Assembly: GCF_001194135.2 (NCBI RefSeq) | Contig: NC_068988.1 | Coordinates: 73,884,696 to 73,948,695, forward strand | DNA from: Octopus bimaculoides | Taxonomy: Eukaryota | Direction: 5' to 3' | Length of the DNA stretch: 64,000 bases | Shown: positions 13,713 to 23,900 of the stretch, in pieces | How positions within the stretch are numbered: the stretch's first letter is position 1 | Layout of the letters: each line of letters starts with the position of its first letter | Notes under the pieces: model-generated | The model's database searches: none | What the model saw: the letters and a program-made list of their open reading frames with translations, nothing else | What the model was told of the DNA's origin: nothing | Made by a program: the position numbers and the translations under genes

Positions 13713-15389
13713 ATTGTGCCAATAAACATGATGGTAATTCAAAAGGGTCAAAAGTTTGTGATATTTGCAGAAAAAGGAAAGTGAAACTTCTAAGGAAAAT
13801 TCCTTTTTGGCTAGTAAAAGCTGGTTTAAATGGTTTGAGAAGTGCATGAATTTGTACAACATAAAACTGACTGGTGAAACTGAGTTCTGACATAGAGGCT
13901 GCCACTAATTATGCCAAGCAGTTGACGAAAATGATTGCTGAAGGGTGCTACACACTAGAACAGTATACAATGTTGATGAAACTGCACTTTTGTGGAAGCA
14001 CATGCCGGCTACAAGTTTTATTTCTCAAGAAGAAAAATCAACACCAAGATTTAAAGTTTCCAAAAATTGTCTGACACTTCTTTTAGGAGGAAATGCTGCT
14101 GGTGATATGAAATTAAAGCCCCTACTTGTGTGTCACTATGAAAATTCAAGGGCTTTCAAGAGTTACACAAAGCTTAATCTACCTCTGATTTGGCATTCAA
14201 ATTACAAGGCATGATTGACTAAGAGCCTTTCCAAAGAGTAGATTACAAATGTTTTTGTCCTGCTGGAGAAAGATACAGTGCTAGACATGTTTACAACAAA
14301 GCATTGCTTCTTTTAGATAATGCATCAAACCCCTTGCAAATTTAGATGACATTTCTGATAATGTGAGAGTAGAATATATCCCTAAGAATAAAATTTCTCT
14401 GCTCCAGTCAGTGGATCAAGGTGTGATAGCTAATGTCAAGGCATATCATATAATAACTTTCAAACAACTTATGAAAGCAATTGACAGATAGGGTAAACCT
14501 ACAGTTAGAGATTCTGGGAAGAAGTTCAAAATAATGGTAATATAGCTCATGGGATGAAGTGAAACCTTTAACTTTGAATAGTACTTGGGAAAATAAAAGG
14601 CCAGACTGTATCCCCAAGCAGAGAGACTACATCAAATTCAGAAAGATATTGTGATACTTGCAAAGGATTTAGTATTTGAAGAAGTCATAGAGGATGATGC
14701 GATTGAGTTGCTAGTATCCCAGAGCGAAAGTTTATCTAATAAGGAGCTGGTGCTGTTAGAAAAAGAACAAGCTGAGACAATGGAAGTTCCTCCTAAATCT
14801 CTAAAATTGACTACAAAAAATTATTGCTAAAGTATTGGCATTTATAGAGGAAGATCTTCAAGTTTTTGCTGATAATGATCCTAATTGTGAATATAACAAA
14901 AATTAGAAGAGAAGTTTACAATGAGCTCTGTTCCTTCACTGAGCTGTACAAAAAGATTATGTTTTATAAACAACAAACAACTTTGGATAAGTTCTTCACC
15001 TCTTAAGCTGATGTTGGTGATAAAGATAGTAAATGATATCTACCTACATCCCTCACACAGTAGTCAACATCTTTTGGGGTAAGAATGTACTCTTATGATA
15101 TGATTCTTGTTAATTCCCTAACCATATTCTTCTTGATATGCTTTTGTGATTTTTACGTATATACTTATATTCTACTGTGTGAGTTTAGAAATTAATTTCA
15201 TCTTTGAAGGTGATTGTGTTGCTTGTTTCCTGTTGTTTTCTTGTGCTTTTTTTTTTTAAATTGTCTTTAGGAACACAATCTCACTTGATAACATGAAAAT
15301 CAATAGGCAAACTAATTTCATTTTATGGTATTTTGTGTTACAGCCAGATTTTCAGGAATGCATTATTTGCATAAAGCAAGGGATTCCTG
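13713..15389 (+). mobile_element. Decayed pogo/Tigger DNA transposon B (5'-truncated)
   Basis: ORF 13945-14214 YNVDETALLWKHMP...TLLLGGNAAGDMKLKPLLV is DDE_1-like. Terminal gcaagggattcctg resembles a Tigger TIR. Confidence 0.85.
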
Positions 15390-15519
15390 TTTGCATGTGT
15401 GTGTGCATGCACACACACACACACACGCACGCACACATACTTATAACATGCATATTGAACTACTGTATACATGTACTCGTGCATTTTTTTTATCCAACAT
15501 CAGTCTTATCCACTCTTAT

Positions 15520-15854
15520 ACTGTCATATCTTTTCTTACTTTGCAGTTGTGCTAGCATTGAACTATTACAACCTGTTGTAGAAGAACATTGATTCCTCCA
15601 GAAAGTTTGTTGCCATTCATTTATGGATTCTGTGTTGTAGTCTACACTGCATACATTAACCATATCCACATTCATTAATGTAGAAATAGAAGCATTTTTG
15701 TCTACAATACTGACTGGGAGAGGATCTATTCAGTAGAAAATGTATCTGCATTGTATATTTTCCACAAATGTAAATCCATGGGATTTAAGACAAGAAACTG
15801 AGTCATAATAGAGACTGACATTTCTTAATTTTTAAGAATTCCTCAAGAATTGAA
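15520..15854 (+). promoter_or_regulatory. Putative splice acceptor and 5'UTR part of the terminal exon of ZNF paralog 1
   Basis: ttttcttactttgcag|ttgtgc with AG at 15545-15546. The homologous acceptor ttttctcactttacag|ttgtgc lies at 39169 upstream of paralog 2, and the sequence between acceptor and ATG aligns. Confidence 0.6.
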
Positions 15855-17015
15855 ATGGAGGACATAAATGAGTTGGACACTTCTAACATAACTGTTTTTA
15901 ACAATGTAGACACAATTACACAGACATTCAGTGGTGAGAAACCATTAGCAAGTGAAACACTTAATAAGAAAACATCGGTAAGCAGAAATATTTACTGTGA
16001 AATATGTGGAAAATCTTTTGCCTCGAACAGTAATTTAACAAAGCACAAAAGAATCCACACTGGAGAAAAGCCATTTCAGTGTGAAATATGCGGGAAAGCC
16101 TTCACTCAAAATTCTCATCTTGTTGTTCATATACGTAGTCATACAGGAGAAAAACCATTCCGCTGTAAAATATGTGACAAATCTTTTGTTTCTGACAGTG
16201 ATTTAACAAGACACAAAGTCATACACTCTGGAGAAAAACCGTATCACTGTCAAATATGTGGAAAATCTTTCACCAATAATTCAAATCTTGTTATCCACAT
16301 ACGTAGTCACACTGGAGAAAAACCCTTCTGCTGTGAATTATGTGGAAAATCTTTTGTTTCCAATATTCATTTAACAAGCCACAAAAGAATACACACTGGA
16401 GAAAACCTCTGTTATTGCAAAATCTGTGGGAAATCGTTCATTAATAATTCAAAACTTGTTATCCACAAAAGTAGTCACACTGGAGAAAAACCCTGTCATT
16501 GTGAAATATGTGGTAAATCATTTGTCTCTAACAGTAATTTAACAAGACACAAACTAATACACACTGGAGAAAAATCCTTCCACTGTGAAATATGTGGGAA
16601 GTCTTTTGTCTCCAACATTATTCTAACAAAGCACAAAAGAATCCACACTGGAGAAAAACCATTTCACTGTGAAACATGTGGGAAATCATTCTCTGTCAAT
16701 TCCAGTCTTGTAGTTCACAACCGTAGTCACACTGGAGAGAAGCCTTTTCACTGTGAAATATGTGGGAAATCTTTTGTTGAGAATTCTAAACTGACCATTC
16801 ACATACGTAGTCACACTGGAGAAAAACCATATCGCTGTGAAGTGTGTGGGAAATCTTTTGTTAATAATAGTGATCTAACAAAACACAAAAGAATACACAC
16901 TGGAGAGAAACCTTATCATTGTGATATATGTGGGAAATCTTTTAAGACTAACAGTCACTTAAAGGCACACAAACGAATACACACTAGAAAGAATTCTTTT
17001 AACTGTGAAATGTGA
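15855..17015 (+). CDS. Tandem C2H2 zinc-finger protein (12 fingers, 386 aa), paralog 1
   Basis: Intact ORF with 12 C-x2-C-x12-H-x3-H motifs joined by TGEKP-type linkers. No recognisable KRAB/ZAD/BTB domain. Confidence 0.93.
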   Translation: MEDINELDTSNITVFNNVDTITQTFSGEKPLASETLNKKTSVSRNIYCEICGKSFASNSNLTKHKRIHTGEKPFQCEICGKAFTQNSHLVVHIRSHTGEKPFRCKICDKSFVSDSDLTRHKVIHSGEKPYHCQICGKSFTNNSNLVIHIRSHTGEKPFCCELCGKSFVSNIHLTSHKRIHTGENLCYCKICGKSFINNSKLVIHKSSHTGEKPCHCEICGKSFVSNSNLTRHKLIHTGEKSFHCEICGKSFVSNIILTKHKRIHTGEKPFHCETCGKSFSVNSSLVVHNRSHTGEKPFHCEICGKSFVENSKLTIHIRSHTGEKPYRCEVCGKSFVNNSDLTKHKRIHTGEKPYHCDICGKSFKTNSHLKAHKRIHTRKNSFNCEM

Positions 17016-17185
17016 GAAATTCTTTGGTTACAAATCTAAACTTGTAGTCCACCAACATACACTCATTGGAGAACATTTATCATGGTGAAATATGATGGAA
17101 ATCAATGTCTTGGAATTATCATTTTTCTATCAGTGTACTCTCATTTGATAATAACGCTTCCGCTAAAATATTTTGGAAAGCCTTT

Positions 17186-17262
17186 TTTCATCATCATCAT
17201 CATCGTCGTCGTTTAACGTCCGCTTTCCATACTAGCATGGGTTGGACGATTTGACTGATCAA
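17186..17262 (-). mobile_element. RTE-type 3' tail fragment
   Basis: catcatcatcgtcgtcgtttaacgtccgctttccatactagcatgggttggacg, as at 310-370. Confidence 0.7.
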
Positions 17263-18670
17263 CAACACCTAGATCAACATCTGTAACCGGTGTGAATTCC
17301 CAGCAAGGATAAAAAGGAACTTCACCATGCACAACAATAGAATGCTTACATTTTACCATCTTATTGAGATGCATAAACATGGACCTCAGACCCATAGTCT
17401 CTGGTATAGAGAGACCATTCTACAAAATCTCATGGCTCCTATCCAGAATCCTGAAACCCCTACTGTCAACTTTCCCAGGTCATGTCAACAGCTCAGACGA
17501 GGTCATCCAACAACTGCTTTGTCTCAAACCTGACATGCTCAGACACAACAGGTATACTTTCAGTTTAGACCTGGTCTCCCTATACACCTCGGTTCCCATG
17601 ATTGACCCAATCAGAGAATGTATTGCCTCCTTGAACCTAAACTGCTTCAGATTTACCTCCTCTGACATTCACCAGCTACTATCAGTTATAGTCACCAACA
17701 CACTTTGATTTCTTGGACAACACCTACAAAAAGTATTCAGGCCTGCTTATGGGGTCCAGCCTCTCAGGCCTGCTCACTATTGCTTCTTTAGACTGGTTGG
17801 AGCATAGGGCACAAAGCGTCTGCCATGCATATACCTTTTTCATCAGGTCTGTGGACAACATTCTCATGCTCGCCCCATCCCAAAAAGATGTCTCCACTAT
17901 ACTGGAGAAGTTCAATAAAATGAACCAATGTATTAGCTTCACCATTGAACACCTTAACAGTGATGGTTTTCTCTTCTTGCTCGACTTTCAGCTAAACATC
18001 ATGGACGAGGGGAAAATTGACACAGTGTTCTACAGAAAATATACTTGCCAGGACCTCTTCATCTGCTATAAATTGGCCCTCTCTATCATGGCCAAGATGA
18101 ACTATGAACATAACAAGATCAACCAGATATGCAAAAGATGCAGTGACCACACCAGCTGGGTTGCACATGTTACTCAGTTCCTAAAGACACTTGGGGGCCA
18201 ACTGATATCCTACATCCATTTCTAACTCCATACCAGAATACAGGCCAGCTAAATGTCACAGGAATCTCTCTAAAGCTTGTTTCCTGAAGATTCCTCACTT
18301 CAATGAGAAAACCACCTTGGCCATCTACAAGGCTATCTGCAGGGAAGGACTCAACATTTGGTTGGCCCATTCAGGACCGTCGCTATGCAAACACCTATTA
18401 ATGAAGTGGTCATGTGCAGTACAACAGCCCTGCACACTAACAAACTGTCCCATTCGCAACTCTAATGTGCGCTTACATATGTGCGAAGTATACCAAATAT
18501 GATGCTCCAAATGTGACAACCACTACATTGGTAGCACAACACAACCACTACATGTCTGAATTAAGGAGCATCTCACCACCATGTCCTCCTTCTGCAAGTA
18601 TCTGACCAGATGTGGCAACACCACCAAGGAAATAGATGCCTCCATTCTAGCCTCTGAGAATAACACTGGC
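17263..18670 (+). mobile_element. Decayed Penelope-like element (RT plus GIY-YIG endonuclease)
   Basis: LRPIVSG, SLDLVSLYTSVP, GLLMGSSLSG and RSVDNI RT motifs. VYQI*CSKCDNHYIGST..L..IKEH GIY-YIG motif at about 18485-18570. Confidence 0.88.
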
Positions 18671-18672
18671 AA

Positions 18673-19450
18673 TCTCTCTATATATGAAACTGAGAATGTG
18701 TGTCTGTCTGTATGTGTACTTCACTAAAACTCAAGAATTACCCATCCAATTTTATTCAAATTTTACATATGTATTACTCAGGGTCCATGGAGTGTCATGG
18801 GCTAAAAAAATTTTCAACTTCCAACCTAATGTGGGCCCGGAGCAATCTCTTAGACTGGTTCGGTATTACGTGTCAAAAGTGAAAAAATAACATCTATATT
18901 GTAATGTGATATAATATTGTTTCATTTTTATTCTTTCACTTTTAATATTTGCAGCACGGAAGGTGTTTATAAGCCATTTAAAAATAACACACAAAAACCG
19001 TTAGATTCACTTCAACATTTAAATTTAATTTGTCAAAATATTTTTGTCGCTTTGAGACTGCGACCTGTTCACTGACAAAATTCCGTGCTGCATGGAATTT
19101 TGTCAGTGAACAGGTCGCAGTCTCAAAGCGATGAAAATATTTTGACAAATTAAATTTAAATGTTGAAGTGAATCTAATGGTTTTTGTGTGTTATTTTAAA
19201 TGACTTATAAACACCTTCCACACTGCAATTGTTTTCGTTCCAGCACACGATCTCAGATCAGGTCACTTGCTATGCAAGTACATCTCCATAACTTTTAATA
19301 TTGTTTCACTTTTAATTCTAATGTGATAACACTAACATCATCTTATTTTACACATTTACCCATTCAGTTACCAGTTACTAATTATCGTAGTAGTTGCAAC
19401 AGTGCAAGGTATTTACAGTTACATATCAACCCTTAAATTAACATTTAATA
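18673..19450 (+). mobile_element. Helitron-like non-autonomous element hosting a fold-back insertion
   Basis: A|TC...tatatatgaaactgagaatgtgtgtctgtctg start, similar to 53828. AT-rich cacttttaatatt repeats flank the insert. Confidence 0.4.
18951..19290. mobile_element. Fold-back MITE (137-bp arms, 3-nt loop, left outer terminus missing)
   Basis: 18951-19087 is the reverse complement of 19091-19226 with 8 substitutions and 1 indel by eye. Confidence 0.85.
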
Positions 19451-19556
19451 CATGTGCTTAATTTATATATATAAAATTCTTTGTCTCTCTATAATCACAA
19501 CAGCGACAAGGTAGGTACGTGATAACCTTTTCTTTACCAAACCTGATGTTGTTTTA

Positions 19557-19590
19557 TGTATGTATGTATGTATGTATGTATGTATGTATG

Positions 19591-19627
<37 letters not shown>
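19557..19627. repeat. (TATG)n-(TA)n compound microsatellite, representative of dozens of (AT)n/(CA)n/(GA)n tracts in the window
   Basis: Directly visible. Confidence 0.95.
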
Positions 19628-19629
<2 letters not shown>

Positions 19630-20670
19630 CAAAAACACAATAACAAAAAAACAAAAAAACAACAAAGTGAGGACGTGATATGGATAGTATTATTGGACAC
19701 TCAGGAAAGGAAAGAGAGAGTGTANNNNNNNNNNNNNNNNNNNNNNNNNNNNNNNNNNNNNNNNNNNNNNNNNNNNNNNNNNNNNNNNNNNNNNNNNNNN
19801 NNNNNNNNNNNNNNNNNNNNNNNNNNNNNNNNNNNNNNNNNNNNNNNNNNNNNNNNNNNNNNNNNNNNNNNNNNNNNNNNNNNNNNNNNNNNNNNNNNNN
19901 NNNNNNNNNNNNNNNNNNNNNNNNNNNNNNNNNNNNNNNNNNNNNNNNNNNNNNNNNNNNNNNNNNNNNNNNNNNNNNNNNNNNNNNNNNNNNNNNNNNN
20001 NNNNNNNNNNNNNNNNNNNNNNNNNNNNNNNNNNNNNNNNNNNNNNNNNNNNNNNNNNNNNNNNNNNNNNNNNNNNNNNNNNNNNNNNNNNNNNNNNNNN
20101 NNNNNNNNNNNNNNNNNNNNNNNNNNNNNNNNNNNNNNNNNNNNNNNNNNNNNNNNNNNNNNNNNNNNNNNNNNNNNNNNNNNNNNNNNNNNNNNNNNNN
20201 NNNNNNNNNNNNNNNNNNNNNNNNNNNNNNNNNNNNNNNNNNNNNNNNNNNNNNNNNNNNNNNNNNNNNNNNNNNNNNNNNNNNNNNNNNNNNNNNNNNN
20301 NNNNNNNNNNNNNNNNNNNNNNNNNNNNNNNNNNNNNNNNNNNNNNNNNNNNNNNNNNNNNNNNNNNNNNNNNNNNNNNNNNNNNNNNNNNNNNNNNNNN
20401 NNNNNNNNNNNNNNNNNNNNNNNNNNNNNNNNNNNNNNNNNNNNNNNNNNNNNNNNNNNNNNNNNNNNNNNNNNNNNNNNNNNNNNNNNNNNNNNNNNNN
20501 NNNNNNNNNNNNNNNNNNNNNNNNNNNNNNNNNTTTATCGTGCAGTTACTGTTAATACTTCATTTAGAGAATTAACATTGCTTGTTTTCACCTTTTCGAT
20601 ATCAGTGAAGAATTTCACTGGAAAAGTATACATAAGATTGCCAAGAATTTATCTCTCTCATCAAAGATCA

Positions 20671-20729
20671 GTGGCTATCGGACGCTGACGAAGGGAAATA
20701 ACCCTGAAACCCGGGTCCGTTCGTGCTAC
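20671..20729 (+). ncRNA. Minimal type I hammerhead ribozyme
   Basis: Helix I cggacg/cgttcg extended by gtggc/gctac. Core CTGACGA at 20685-20691, helix II aggg-aaataa-ccct, GAAAC, palindromic ccgg loop, GTC cleavage triplet at 20715-20717. Confidence 0.8.
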
Positions 20730-20881
20730 AGATCACGATGAGAGGGATAACTTCCCTTGGCAAACAGGACACAGTAGTGTGTCGATAAGCCAGCTGGAGG
20801 AGATGTCCTCCTGGGGCTAAAAGCAACAGTAACATCCACCCCTAGGGGTCAGCCACACTTAAGTGGCAATATACTTCACTT

Positions 20882-20915
<34 letters not shown>

Positions 20916-23900
20916 AGCATTCAAAAGAAATTAAGAAAATGGAGATATAGCATTTAATAAAAAATTATTATCTGCAAAAATCAAGTATAGTCCCTTACAG
21001 TTGTTTCAATTAAACCTAAAAGATTAAATAGCAATTAGTAAAATCATTATTTTAGGCAAAATCTATTCAGAAGGGTAGAAGAAAGATATACCGTTAGGTT
21101 TTTTATGTGTTGTATTTTCGAATCATCACACCAGACTGAGTATTATTTTTACGGCTAATATTGGCATATGCCTGGGTTAGGGGATTCTAGGTTGTTTTAG
21201 TGGGTAGTGGACACAGCACAAATGTTGCAAGCAGCATTTGCGGCCTTAGAACCTTGATTAAAAGCAAAAAGGTGTTGAAAATGTTCATTTATCTTAACTT
21301 GACATTCCATTTTAATAATCTGAAAATAAACAAAAATTAACTAAAATTAACTAGAAAAAAACAAAATAGATTCCAAAATGATTCAAAAATAGAATTCTCG
21401 AAAAAAATAGATTCCAAAATTTAAAAAAACGGCGGGAATTTAGTTGCCAACCCAATATATATGTATATATATATATGTATGGTGCCATGCTGGTAAAATG
21501 TGAAGCACTTAGCTCCAGAAAAGTATTGCAGCACCTCCGTGAGATTGATGTGATTCGAACTTAAAGTGGTCTGTAGCTGAAATATAGCTTTAAAAAGTAT
21601 TATACGTACAATACATTTTCAAAGAATATTCCCTTTCAATAATAGTAGCTACGTCTACTAGGAAAAACCCTGTCAACACGAAGGCACTAAATCAAATTCA
21701 ACACATGTCGTACTGGTATATAAATAGAAAGGAAAAAACAAAACACGATAGCTACACTGGTTACGTTTGTTATTCTTCAGATCTTTGAGGAATAACGACC
21801 TCTATAACTGCAACTTTTCCGAGATAAAATACTGAAAATTCGGAAAATTACGGAAACTACTAACATTGGAGGTTTGTTATTGTTTATATCTCTCTCCCCT
21901 CTAAAGGTAAGTGCTTTTGAACTAGCTTGCAAACCAGCCAAAGGTAAGATAAGTTATTAAATTTTTAATATATTTTCCTTTTCTAATGATTTAGTGTTAT
22001 AATAAAAATAACATTTATATAACATATATATATATATATATANNNNNNNNNNNNNNNNNNNNNNNNNNNNNNNNNNNNNNNNNNNNNNNNNNNNNNNNNN
22101 NNNNNNNNNNNNNNNNNNNNNNNNNNNNNNNNNNNNNNNNNNNNNNNNNNNNNNNNNNNNNNNNNNNNNNNNNNNNNNNNNNNNNNNNNNNNNNNNNNNN
22201 NNNNNNNNNNNNNNNNNNNNNNNNNNNNNNNNNNNNNNNNNNNNNNNNNNNNNNNNNNNNNNNNNNNNNNNNNNNNNNNNNNNNNNNNNNNNNNNNNNNN
22301 NNNNNNNNNNNNNNNNNNNNNNNNNNNNNNNNNNNNNNNNNNNNNNNNNNNNNNNNNNNNNNNNNNNNNNNNNNNNNNNNNNNNNNNNNNNNNNNNNNNN
22401 NNNNNNNNNNNNNNNNNNNNNNNNNNNNNNNNNNNNNNNNNNNNNNNNNNNNNNNNNNNNNNNNNNNNNNNNNNNNNNNNNNNNNNNNNNNNNNNNNNNN
22501 NNNNNNNNNNNNNNNNNNNNNNNNNNNNNNNNNNNNNNNNNNNNNNNNCCCAACAACTTCATTGTGGCGGCACTTAAAAGTAATAATTTCTCTAGAACCA
22601 CAGCTCAGATAGAGCGAAAAAAACACAAATTCTTCTGTTCTTATGATTTAATTCGACAACTGCCCCAAGGATGACAAAAAGGATGGAAGAAACCTTCAGG
22701 GCCCAACAATCCCTCAAAAGAACAAAGCAAAAGCCACGTTTGAGGGGACTGCAAATGAGGGAAACAATGATACAGGTTCAGCCCCAACGCGCCAGAAGAC
22801 CAAAGAGGTGTGAGAGCCAAAAGAGGAAAAGATGAAAGCAAACCCAACAAAACAAAACAAAAGCTGTCAAAAGCAAAGAAGAAGAAAGAGTAAAAAAAAA
22901 AATTGTGATAACATCATCTTTGCATGACCAATATTTCTAAAGATACCTGTTGTTGCAAAAGCTAGCACAGATGGTTTTGTAATTTAGCAGTCATCTTTAT
23001 ACTATAGATATGAGATAAATTCATGAAATATTTTACAAATTTTGACGTTATCTCATCTAAAGGTCATCTTATATGCAGAAATATACAGTATATATACATA
23101 ATATATATATATCTATAGGTGGGGAGAATTCACAAAAAAACCCCAAAAGATGAAGACAGGTGGTGTAGACAACAGACATGTATTAGTTTAATGCTCAGGA
23201 AGTGAAAAAGTCTTTAATGTTTCAAGCTTATGCTCTTCCACAGAAAGAAACAAGGAGAGAGAATAAAGAATGTGTAGTGGCTAGCGATACATCATAGCGA
23301 ATGCCGGACAGAGGGGTCACACAGGAGAGCTAGGAAGAAGGGGTGATAATAAAGTAGTAGTGATCCCAAAATGAAGGTGCACGTGCGTGTGTAGAAGAGA
23401 GCATGTATGTACGTGTAGAAGAGGGCTGGTGACCTTGACGTGTGTGAATGTGGGGCTGGGAAGTGGTCAGTGCCAGTGTGTGTGTTGTGGTGTGGTGTGG
23501 TGTTGGGAGGTGGGGAGGCGAGAGTAGGGCAAGCAAGGGTGGGGTGTCGGTTAGGCTGAGGGGAGTAGAGGTGGGGTATGTTGGTAGGCTGAGGGGGGTA
23601 GAGGTGGGGTATGTGGGCAGGCTCATGGTGGGGATATAGATGGGTATGTGGGAGTGGGTATNNNNNNNNNNNNNNNNNNNNNNNNNNNNNNNNNNNNNNN
23701 NNNNNNNNNNNNNNNNNNNNNNNNNNNNNNNNNNNNNNNNNNNNNNNNNNNNNNNNNNNNNNNNNNNNNNNNNNNNNNNNNNNNNNNNNNNNNNNNNNNN
23801 NNNNNNNNNNNNNNNNNNNNNNNNNNNNNNNNNNNNNNNNNNNNNNNNNNNNNNNNNNNNNNNNNNNNNNNNNNNNNNNNNNNNNNNNNNNNNNNNNNNN

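Noticed and set aside
15855-15992. KRAB/ZAD/SCAN/BTB assignment or a gene symbol for the ZNFs
   Set aside because: No motif match. They are lineage-specific paralogs, and one-to-one orthology cannot be inferred from sequence alone.
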